A stretch of DNA of 64,000 nucleotides from Amoebidium appalachense (taxonomy: Eukaryota; Protista; Ichthyosporea): the NCBI GenBank assembly GCA_963693365.1, contig CAVNZM010000017.1:3887375-3951374 (forward strand), in the 5' to 3' direction. Below the pieces are notes generated by a model that was not told the origin of the DNA, ran no database searches, and saw nothing but the letters and a program-made list of their open reading frames with translations. Of the stretch, positions 1 to 64,000 are shown piece after piece. Position numbers and translations under genes: made by a program. Numbering within the stretch: the stretch's first letter is position 1; every line of letters starts with the position of its first letter.

Positions 1-645
1 TGAAGGGGGAGGGGGTGGAAAGGGGGAAAGGGGGGGGCGGGGAGGGAAAGGGAGGGGGGGGGGGGAGGGGAGGGAGAGGGCGGGCGGGGGGGGGGGGGGG
101 GAGGGGGGATGTCCTCACTATATGTTCCCGCTTCATTCTCTGATATACAAATAAGCCAGAACCTGGCCGCTCACCAACCTATGCCAAATATTCCAAATGC
201 TTGTATACCGATAGATGTATGTGCACACGACTCACATGTTAAAATCCTTTCTGCACTTTGACCAGTTAATCCAGCCAAGCTCGGCAATGCATATAGCTGA
301 TGACCGTGATGCAATAACTAATTAGTACTACGGACGATTCTAGAAATACGCACATGTTCACGGTTGTCATATGTGACACGTTGCTATGCAGTCTAAGAAA
401 GGAACTAGAGGGTTCTTCACACAAACGTTACCGGCGTAACGCGTGCACACTGGGAGTGCAACAAACGCGTAGCTGGCAAATACGAATTCAGCACCTTGCA
501 GAATGGCGTAACTTGATGGAATGCAGAGTGCACGTGGGTTTTTGTGCACGTTAGTGCATACGATTGCTGGCTGCATGTCTTCGGTGCATGTTAGGGACAC
601 AACCCCTTGCTGGTAACATATGCCCCGTGTCAATTTGGCCCGCAA

Positions 646-683
<38 letters not shown>

Positions 684-1744
684 AGGGGGGGTGGAGAGGA
701 AAAAAAAAAACTGGGTTGGGGGGGGGGGGAGGGGGGGGGGGGGGAAGACTCGCATATTTTGATATTTGCAAAACGGTAGACAACCCGTCAATCACACACA
801 CACATCACCAACCCATCCTTTCACCCAAACCCCAAAACACAAAAGAGGAAGCAGAATTAGTAGTCAACGACTTATTACTGTAGACCATGCATTGGGGTAC
901 ACAACCTGAGATCTCAGACGGACAGATTTTCAAAGCATCCACAGACATTCCCACAAAGCGGCATGTGTATACGCGCATATGCGAGTGTGTTTGGGGGGTA
1001 TTTGTGGGATGCGCATGCGCCTGTCACTGCGTGTGTGTTCGTACACATATGAACATGCTAAGCAGAACCTGTGCACACATGTGTTTTCCGCGTGCGAGGG
1101 CGTGTGTGTGTGCGTGTATGTTCGTCTGTGTGTGTGTGTGTGCGTGCGTATGTGCTTGTGGGCACACACGCATACGATGTGTGTGTCTTGTGTGCACGTG
1201 TATGTGTAAGTAAATTTTTTTTTGGGGGTGTGTGTTTTTGGTGTGTGTGTGCGTGCGTGCCCATGTTTGCGCCCGTGGGTACGTGTGTGCATATGTGTGC
1301 CGGCACGTGTGGGCGGGTGCCTGTGACTTACCTAATTTTGGACTGGCTGTGCCACAAAACAGAGTCCATATATAGGCGTGCCTGGATGCATGCCATGCGT
1401 TTGCACCGGCTACAAGTTGTACTTTTGTTAATGCCGCTGTGCAATGGTCGAGCACAAAAAGGCAGCACACACTTCGAAGCCAAAACATTTCGACAAAAAG
1501 AAACTGCAAAATCGGAATGGCTGCAAACCAGGCCACACTCCTGGTGTGCACATGTTGTAATGGGTCATCCCATGCCTTGTGCAACGTGGTACAGATTTAT
1601 GGCCCCAAAATGTGATGCCTAAGGTTTACCTGTAGGGCCGTGTGGTCGTGGTGGACGTGTGTTTAGATATGCATTTGATCTTATGCCACGCAATTTATGC
1701 CTGCCTGCCCTCCCCCCTCCCCCCCCCCCCCCCTCCCCCCCCCC

Positions 1745-1795
<51 letters not shown>

Positions 1796-1825
1796 CCTGG
1801 CCCGACCCAAACCCTCGGGCCCCAC

Positions 1826-1904
<79 letters not shown>

Positions 1905-1988
1905 TGTGTGTGTGTGTGCTGTATACAGTGCGTGCATGCATGCATCATCAGTGTGCGAGCATTGTACATGCGTGCGTGCGCGCGTGTG

Positions 1989-2045
<57 letters not shown>

Positions 2046-2582
2046 ACGTATGTGTGTGGCAGATTGTTTTGAACTGTGGCTGTGTGAGTATGGGTGTGGT
2101 ATCGGTGTAGGGTTCGGTTGTTGATCAATGAATTGACGATAACATATATGCTACTGCAGGTCGGTTTATTTTTAGGTGCATTTGGAGACAAGGCTTTCAT
2201 TAATGTGTTTCACGGTTATTTGGTCTTTGTTGGTCGTATTACATCTCATAGCCTTGCATTTTAGACTGCATCTGATCACACGGAACTATACACAGGTTAC
2301 AAAACACCTGTCAACACATGTACAGAGTCTTGCACAGGCCTTACTTGAAAGAATCAAGCCCCACAGACATTCGTATCGGAAGCTAAATTGGACTTCACAG
2401 TTCGTAGCACTACCACGAACGCAAAGAATGATTACTACTGCCTAGCTGTGCCTGCACTTGTAGACTAAGTACGATAACGGAGGATACAGCAATGTTCACA
2501 TGCAGAATGAATTGCTGTGTCCTATTTTCCCCTCCATAAAACAAAGATAAGATATGCAACTACCAAAGAGAAACGTGCACGA

Positions 2583-3650
2583 TTACACCCTCACTGCCTG
2601 GGTGCTGGCCTGGGCCTTTGCCTTATTACTGATGGCCCTGCTGGCCTTGAGGCCCACCACCAGCAGCACGATGGGGGCCACGTTGCACAGCGTGTGCACG
2701 CCCTTGCTCATGTTGGCCACCCCGACAGCCGGAATCACTGCCGAGGCGCCAGCCATGGCGCCAAACACGCAGGCCCACAGCAGCGAAAGCACCAGCGTCA
2801 GCTTCTTGAACCCGGCCGTGGGCCACACAGTGCGCGGCGTGCTTTCCATGGCGATCTGGCGGGCAAAGGGGAAGCCCAGCAGGATGGAAAGAAAGGCGGC
2901 CACGGCCTGTGTGCCGTTGACCACTACCATGGTGTAGTTGTTTGCAATGTCTTTGGTGTCGGGCCCCGACAGCGCCAACACCAGCAGCGCGGCATATGCG
3001 GCCAGCTGGGCCACCAGCATGATGCGTGGCCACGTGAGGATGGTGTGGCGCACGGCCCAGCGGTAAAGGTCGATGGCCAGAATCGCAGCCACCAGCCCCG
3101 TACCGGCAACCATCGCCCAGGTGGTGCTTTGTGGCTGCACGAGCGCCACCACAATGAACGGCCCAAAGTCGCGCACCTTGTAGAAGAGGCGAGACAGCCG
3201 TGATGTTTCGTTTGTGCTGCCAGTGCTTATAGAGTTGTCACTCGAGATGCTTTGGTCGTGTGTGTGTTTGTCGGTACTGTGCTCCGGTTCAAAAGCGGGA
3301 GGGGCTGCCTGAGAATAGTAATAAGCGGGAGCCGGGGGAGAGTACTCTGGAGCGGGCTGATACTGGGGTGAGCTGGATGGCTGAGAGTAGTATGTGGGCA
3401 CATATTGGCTAGGGGTGGACGTGGGCTGCACATGTTCCGGGTAGGTGTAGCAGGTGGTGGGTGGAGTGGCAGGCTGGGGGTAGGCAGCTGAAGGGTAGTT
3501 TGGGGGCGGGATTTCTGGCTGATAGCTGTCGTGGTAGCGGGGCGTCTGGCGAGGCGCATTCGGAGGTGGGGATGCGCGGGTTTGTTGAGTGCGTGTGCTG
3601 CTGGTGGCTGCCTCGGCAGCGAGCCCAACAACGGTACGGATGATCCCCAT
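2583..3650 (-). CDS. Intronless membrane protein (355 aa): Pro/Tyr/Gln/Ser-rich N-terminus plus about 5 predicted TM helices; C-terminal domain resembles bacterial septation-protein-A-like hypothetical membrane proteins
   Basis: Clean ORF from ATG 3650 to TAA 2583, free of microsatellites, with a GC3-rich 3' half. Several hydrophobic stretches; motif GFPFARQIAMESTPRTVWPTAGFKKLTLVLSLLWACVF. TATA box about 100 bp upstream. Confidence 0.85.
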   Translation of the reverse strand: MGIIRTVVGLAAEAATSSTRTQQTRASPPPNAPRQTPRYHDSYQPEIPPPNYPSAAYPQPATPPTTCYTYPEHVQPTSTPSQYVPTYYSQPSSSPQYQPAPEYSPPAPAYYYSQAAPPAFEPEHSTDKHTHDQSISSDNSISTGSTNETSRLSRLFYKVRDFGPFIVVALVQPQSTTWAMVAGTGLVAAILAIDLYRWAVRHTILTWPRIMLVAQLAAYAALLVLALSGPDTKDIANNYTMVVVNGTQAVAAFLSILLGFPFARQIAMESTPRTVWPTAGFKKLTLVLSLLWACVFGAMAGASAVIPAVGVANMSKGVHTLCNVAPIVLLVVGLKASRAISNKAKAQASTQAVRV

Positions 3651-3749
3651 ATTGGTGGATTTGTAAGTATGTCCGGTTGAACTGTGTTGTTCGTACAAGA
3701 AGAAGTGTTGTTTGAAATCGTGACTGACCAACTTTTGATCAACGTCCTT

Positions 3750-3757
3750 TTTATATA
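3750..3757 (-). promoter_or_regulatory. TATA box (TATATAAA) of the intronless membrane-protein gene; CCAAT-like boxes near 3780, 3823 and 3862
   Basis: Minus strand reads GTATATAAAAAG about 100 nt upstream of ATG 3650; CCAAT/ATTGG pentamers lie just upstream. Confidence 0.55.
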
Positions 3758-4023
3758 CCTATCAGAGAAATTATGACAACCAATCATTATTCGCGCGGTG
3801 TTTACCCGAATGGCCATATTCTATTGGTAGATCTGGATAGTACAAGATGAAATCTACATTCATTGGCTGTTTGTCGCACGGCATTACATTCCAAGATCCA
3901 ACTCGTCATCTGCGACCTGGCGGCCGAAACGCCGGCCGCCCGGCAGCCCGGCGCGGATCATGAAGCGCGCGCACTGCGCAGCCTTTACCCGTAGCACATG
4001 GCATTCACAAACACGCACGCACG

Positions 4024-4116
<93 letters not shown>

Positions 4117-4232
4117 ACACACACACCCACACACACCCACACACCCACACACCCACACACACACGCACGCACACACACACTGTCACACACACACATACAC
4201 ACACAAACACACACACGCACGCACACACGCAC

Positions 4233-4311
<79 letters not shown>

Positions 4312-5516
4312 CACACGCGCACACACACAAGCACACAGCAATACGCTCATCACGCATGGCACACCCCGTGACACATCATGGTACGTACACGCACGTGACG
4401 TGTACTCTCGTCTGTACTCTCGTCGAGTCGCACACATCGTAAAAAAATTCACGAGTACTACTGACCACGAGGGCATTCTTTACTTGAACCCTATTTTAAT
4501 AGAATAAGAACCACCATCACACATACACACACACACACATCCATAATAACTTTATTAAAACCACAAATGTGCGTGCACACACCGTAAACACATGCATGCA
4601 CTTGAACGCTAAGCCTTGCGCAAGCGCACACACGTATGTAATAAAGCATATATCACACATACACACATACACACAAACACACACACACACACACACACGT
4701 GGGCACACACACACACATGCACCCGCACCCGCGTGCACTGTCACACACTTAGGCACATAGTGATCAATAGATATCGATACACAAATTACTAACCAATAGC
4801 CCCCGTCGTCATATCCGCATCACTCCATGTATCAATTCCTCTGCAGAAGTACACTGTTGTACTAGTTCGTAGGCAGCACATACACAGTCCTTTTATTCGA
4901 GTGCAGAATTTAAGACCACAACTTCTTGGTCAGTGCCTAATTTGTCATTGAGCCCTGATTCAACACGTCCCAACGATGTCGTAAAAGCAAGTGCCTTGTG
5001 GCAGATTGATTATCAACATGACATGCACTTACGCGATACACACTGCACCTGGTCGAGAAAACAAAAAACGGAACGTTTATCTATTGTAGCATGCAGATAG
5101 AAGTCGAGTTATGGCACCGAGAACAAGGCCGGGGGAGGGGGGGGGAAGGGGGGGTAGATGGTCAATGATATTAACATACTCACTTACATCAAAGGTGATT
5201 GTGAGCCCCAGTACAAAAGGCGACAATACATACATCTGCTACTTAGGGTGGTAAAAACAAATATTCGTATCAATCCTGCAACTATACAGTCACACAAACA
5301 CCTGCCTTCAATAACCGCACCAACACTCATCTTTTGCCATACTTTCAGGTAAACAAGCAGTGAGATCTCATTCCTTTCAGAAAATATGCCACAATTATTA
5401 TTGTCACATTCACATATCAAAGCACCTTCATATCTCATGGAGTCATGCATGGCATTATCAAGAGACAACCCTACTATTATCCCATTCAGTATATCACATA
5501 CACGATATATCTACAT

Positions 5517-47377
<41,861 letters not shown>

Positions 47378-48275
47378 GTTTGAAAAAGAACCACTGTTTT
47401 GTTTTTGCGAAGGTATGGAAGCTGCGTGCAACGCTATCGGCCAGCAAAGGTGAATAAAACCGCAATTCAGTATGCTAGCTAGTGCATGGTAGGATTGTAT
47501 ATACGTAGGCGTACCTGAAACATTGCTTCTACATACCCATCTATCCTCCCTTTTGAGACTGAGTGATGTTCAGTCCTTCGCGAGTGTGAGTGATATATCG
47601 ATGCTATCGATGTCTCAGGCTTGTCCGGAACAAGTGGCTCAGGTTGATCTAGGCCCATTGCCGTAGGGTTTGCGCAAACATTTTTCCTCTAGGGTGACCA
47701 CGGCTGTGTCCACTGCGCAGGGGATCACCACTGATTACCGTGACCAAAATGTAAGGGATAAAAATAGAATTTTCGAGACGGCCGTGGCTGTGTCACGGTG
47801 AGGCCCAAGTGGCTGGTGCTTATACAGCGTGCCACAGCCTATACAACTGTAATTTCTAAGATGATATGAAGTACGTGCACATCTGCACGCATCCTAGGAT
47901 GTGCACAGGCTAAAGCGATATTCCTGCTTTAATATTCACTAATGTTGACTAGGGCCATACATACGCTGTACAGTTTTGCCTTTACAAGACTATAATAACA
48001 GCATGCGCAAGTCCTGAAGAGGTTGTGATCGTTTCGGGCACCACATGTCGTGCCTTCCCCCGCCCGTCAGTTTAGGTTTGCAGTGTTGCAACAGGTTGGG
48101 CTGCATCCATGCTCATCGTTGCATACAGGATGAAGCACGCACACACTTTACACTACTTGAGCACGTTTTTCGTCGTGGCTTATTTTATTCAACTTAGTAA
48201 TGCGCTCGCGTTCAAGTTAATGAACTATTGCCCTCTTTCAACCCATACAAGACGTGTGCTTGACTTAACATCATC

Positions 48276-49983
48276 CTACCACCCTATCTCATCTGGAAAG
48301 TCACTCACGTGCACGGCTCCGAGACTCAGCTCGTTTTGAGGTACCAGCTGTGCTTGGAGATAACTCTTACTGTATCCCAACTCCAACTCGTGTGCGTGCT
48401 TTTGTGCCTTGTTTGTGCCTGTGCTGGAGTACGGCTGCGTCCTTTTCTCATCTTTGTTGTCGTGTGTAGATCTCCAGGTAGCTCGGGCAGGTGTTTGGCT
48501 GGATGATGCAGCACGATTGCGTGTGGCACCTCGGCGGGCTCCTTTGGCCCGATAGCTGTCATACTGCAGAGAAAATGAAAGTTATTTGACTTAGTTGTTT
48601 TTTTCGTTTCGGCAAGTAGCATGTGTCCATGCATCTAAACAGTTGCCTTTCGCAAGATGAGAAGGCTTAAAAAAAAAGATAGGGTTTATGGGTGTGGTTA
48701 AGAACGATATTCTAATTTTAGCTAACTTAAGCAAACGGAACCTAGAAATTTTGTGCACGAATACAGTGTTGCTGGTGTGTGTCTTTGTGTTCGAACATAT
48801 AACTAGCTAGGTGTCACAAAAACTAAGACTTGTGCGGGTGATGTGATGTGTCATGTTTATTACTTTCTAGAGATGTGTGGGTGGGTGTCAGGTCAGTAAT
48901 GAAAGTGTGAGTGGATCTCCCAAGACCCCAACTTATGCATGGTGCACGTGTATGTGCTGTCTATTGAGATGGTAGGAAAATGTGTTTCGGGTGGCAGGTG
49001 TTGGCAACGGCATATGATTCTTTACAAGAATAAGAAAGAAAGGCATGGTTATCGGACACTGTAGTACTGTAGAGGGGTTAGAAAGGTATGGTGATCATAG
49101 TGACCGGTGGGAAGGGGGACCGCGTGTGTGTGTGTGGAGGGGGGGGGGGGGGGGGGAGGGGAGGAGAGGGGAGGGGGGGGGGGGAGAAGGGGAGGCAGAG
49201 CCAGGGGGGGGGTGGGGGGGATGGATAAGACGGGAAGGGGAGGAGGGGAAGGGGATGGATAAGGAGGGGGGGAATGAGTGAGGGGAGGAGGAGGAGGGGT
49301 TGAGGGGGGGGAATTATACACTGTTGGAGGGGGGGGGGGATGGATATGCTGCGGGGGGGGGGGGGGGGGGGGGGGGGGGGAGCGTATGAGTAGGAGGATG
49401 GGGGGGGGGGGGGGAGGGGGTGGAGGGTGAGGGGCATGAACCACACCTTTCCATTCACCTGGACGACATGCTCGGACAGCGCCACCTTCACAGGTGGTTG
49501 AGGGGTAAGTGGCTGTGCCCTGTTCTGCTTCACGTTGGTTTTTGGCTGGCCGCTCGTGCAATTGCTTGTTCTCGAGGGATGCGTCTGTGTGCCTGGCATA
49601 GAAGGGTGTGTGCACGTGCTTGGCTGTGTGGTGTGGTCGTCTGCATGCTTTATGCGTTCTGGACCCACTGTATCTGGTGCCAGAAGGGAGAGCTCGGACA
49701 TTATTTGGTTTGGAAACTCGTCATACATTGCATGTTGAGTTGAGGCCTTGTCTGTTATGTAAACTGTGCAGTTGTCTCGATCGTGTGTGTCAGTTTCTGT
49801 GAATTCCGCACGGTCGCTTGTACCTGTGTCCTGTTTCTGAATAGGAACCCTTTTTGCTGGGATGAATTCTGGGGACAAATGGGCTCCTGCTGTCGGCATT
49901 GATGCTAAGGCCTCACGGCGTTTCCATGCGGGAATGGTAGCGTTGCTCCTCAGTTTCTCCATGCTGCAAACGACGGAGACCAT
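48276..49983 (-). CDS. Hypothetical low-complexity protein, two exons (49459-49983, 48276-48563), about 270 aa
   Basis: ATG 49983, 175 open codons to a CAG|GTGAAT donor; TTTTCTCTGCAG acceptor at 48564-48566 gives a phase-0, 96-codon open frame ending in TAG. No recognisable domain; 5' and 3' ends uncertain. Confidence 0.55.
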
Positions 49984-50898
49984 GAATCTTTGTTAGTTTT
50001 ACTGAGGAGAGGCCCTTTCCATACCGTGCACGGCAGGAATTTCCCCATGTTCTGTAGAAAGGAGCACAAGGCAAAATGAAATTCGTGCCATATATCCTGC
50101 AGCATTAACGTTAACCGACCACATGCATGCATATCTTCAGTGAGAAGCGGTCAAGCTGACCGGCTGTGAATTTTGTGACCTGGACGTGGTGGTTATTCGC
50201 GCCTGGAAAAACCTGTTTATCATATATAAAGTAGCAGTTGTAGCGTTTATGCAGCGCCACGCAGACTTCTCTGACAATGTGAATTCAAGACATGCGCATG
50301 CAGACCTATACCTCGAATGATGTAAATCTTCGTGTGCTGCCATTTCTCGCGGTTCCAGCATCTCTAGCTTTGCGTGCCCATGGTCAAGAAAACTCAACGG
50401 TGGTCCACCCTTCAAAGATCTTTCAGTGTCGAAGTGACATCACACCAGGTGGTTGGCAGCGTTTTCTTCTATTGTAATAATAATAAAGGTTTACAAATTT
50501 GATACCGCTACGCTTTTCTCTACCTAGCTTTACTGACGTGATCAACCTATCCGCATCTCATAGCAGACTGTATATGGTTTTCTTACTTCACATGTACAGA
50601 GTCATGAGCGCAACGGGAAAGCACTCAAGAATTCTACAAAAAACTTCACCAGAACGCAGAAAAAAAATTGGCCTTGTATGCAGGCTGAGAGCTTATACTA
50701 TTGTTAAATACTGAGCTAGTTTACGTGCTTTCTATCGTTGGGAGGACATTTGAACATGGCATGGGAACATCTGCCCAAACGTTTGCGCTACAGCTACTGT
50801 TCGCGCTGCTGTGATATCAGGAAAGTTGGCGCCAATTCTAACCAATAGGATTTGCTTTCGACTTTGATTGGCTCGGCATGCACCGCCGGTCCGCCTGT

Positions 50899-50962
<64 letters not shown>

Positions 50963-51016
50963 ACCACCACCACCACCACCACCACCACCACCACCACCAC
51001 CACCACCCAAACACAC

Positions 51017-51049
<33 letters not shown>

Positions 51050-51654
51050 AATCCGAAAGCCGTTCGAAAGGCGAAGAAGAGAAACAAGGCAAACAGGTAA
51101 AGGGAAAGGAGCCCCGGGATGCATTGTGCTGCACACTGTAATGCTTAAAAGGGCATGGCCATGGATCATCATCATGGATGGCTAATTAGTCCGCATGTGA
51201 TGCATGTTTCGCGTTGATAACCGCTTGAAGCTGCAGCCACATTAGGCTACACTCTTTCGAGAAAGTTTGGTACGCCTTCTTCTTTATTATTTTCTGCCAT
51301 CTATGTTTCTGGACTATGGGCAGCACACCAGGCCCAACATCAACATGACGTGAATGCAGGATGCCAGAGCCGGACCCAGATGCTTAAAAATTCATGAGCA
51401 CAATTTTCTAATTCCCTATTGGCACCAAAAAATATCTGAACACCAAGGGAGAAGAAACAACTGGAGCACAACTCTCCTGGTTGTATCATTTTTATGTTGC
51501 ACACTCCAACCCCAACATACCGGGTTGCTCTTTAAACACAGCTAGAAACCCCCAAAATCCTTTCAGGACACCTTTGCTCCGCAAATTCATTCCCAAAGTC
51601 CTAATCCAATGTAGATGTTGCAGAGTTGAGGTTGGAGCCTCCGGTGACGTCCTT

Positions 51655-63043
<11,389 letters not shown>

Positions 63044-63202
63044 CTGTGGTTGGGAAGGGGAGTGTATGGTGTTAGTGGGTGATGAGTGATGGGTGGTGAA
63101 GTGACGTGTGGGAGGAACTATATATGGAAAAAGAGGGGAATACGTAAGGAAAAAATGTGTGTGGAGGCAGAGGGAGGTGGAGGGAGAGGGAAAGGGAGGG
63201 AG

Positions 63203-63233
<31 letters not shown>

Positions 63234-64000
63234 ATGGATGAAGGAAAAGGGAGGGGAAAGAAGGATGAATAAGGGAGGCGCGGGTGGAGGGGGGAGGGGG
63301 ATGAAGGGGGGGAGTGAGTGAGGGATTGTGAGAAAAGAGAGAAGGTTAGGGGCGAGGTTGGGGTGGGGAGGGGGGGGGGGGGGGGGGGGGAGGGGGATGA
63401 ACGAGCAAGGGAGGGACAGGGACGGAGGGGAAGAAGGGAAGGAGTGAGGGGGAAGGGGAGGGGCGTGGGGTGGAGTTAAAAGGGGAACGGAGGGAGGGAG
63501 GGCGGGGTGAAGTTGAAAGAGGGGAGTTCAAGGGGTGGGGGGTGGGGGGGGGGGATGGGGGGAGGGGGGGGGAAGTGGGGAGGAGAGAGAGAAAGAGGGA
63601 GTGAGGGACAGAAGACCGAGGGAAAGAGGCCGGGACGGTGAGAAGGGAGAAAAATGAGGGGGAGGTGGGGAAGGGGGAGAGGGACGGATGGAAGGGAGGG
63701 CGAGCGCGAGGTAAACAGAAGGAGTAAGAGAGAGGACTGTGTATGTGTGTGTGGACAGAGGCGTATGGTGAGTAACTGGTGAGTATGTGAGGGAAGCCAA
63801 AAGATCTAAGCGAGAGTGACAGAAAGTGGCAATGGATAGCAAAGTAAAAAGCGAGAGGATGAGCCAACCAGGAGAGGGGGGGAACAAATAGTACACTGGT
63901 TGTGGAAGGTTAACTGAGCAAAAACAATGGCCGAAATTAGGCAAGGATGTGCATGCAGTGGCAGCTGGGGGGGAGAAATTATTTAATATAGTGACGCAGG

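Noticed and set aside
2108-4493. TAGGGTTC...GAACCCTA as TIRs capturing the intronless gene
   Set aside because: Only 8 bp match and no target-site duplication.
47689-47805. hAT-like terminus TAGGGTGACCA with short internal inverted motifs
   Set aside because: No matching opposite terminus or TSD found in the window.

Overview
Eukaryotic, very intron-dense, microsatellite-saturated genomic DNA. It is probably a unicellular holozoan or similar protist (an inference from animal-like proteins; not provable here). Almost all ORFs in the supplied track are artefacts of (CA)n/(GT)n, (CGCA)n and poly-G/C tracts. Manual splice reconstruction gives four minus-strand genes: (1) an intronless multi-pass membrane protein with a bacterial-like C-terminal domain (2583-3650); (2) a complete 56-57-exon Integrator complex subunit 1 gene (INTS1, 5517-47377, about 2200 aa); (3) a two-exon orphan (48276-49983); (4) the 3' 14 exons of SRP68 (51655-63043, 5' end outside the window). 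The main oddities are two INTS1 introns that keep frame only with a CG acceptor at the end of long (CA)n tracts, two in-frame stops in SRP68 at conserved Tyr positions, a roughly 380-bp inverted duplication of a whole INTS1 exon, repeated tandem duplication of splice junctions creating candidate cassette or poison exons, and a strand-biased intronic repeat family carrying a covarying RNA hairpin. Consensus error next to simple repeats is a real alternative for the single-base anomalies. Human reference peptides are quoted from memory, not from a search.
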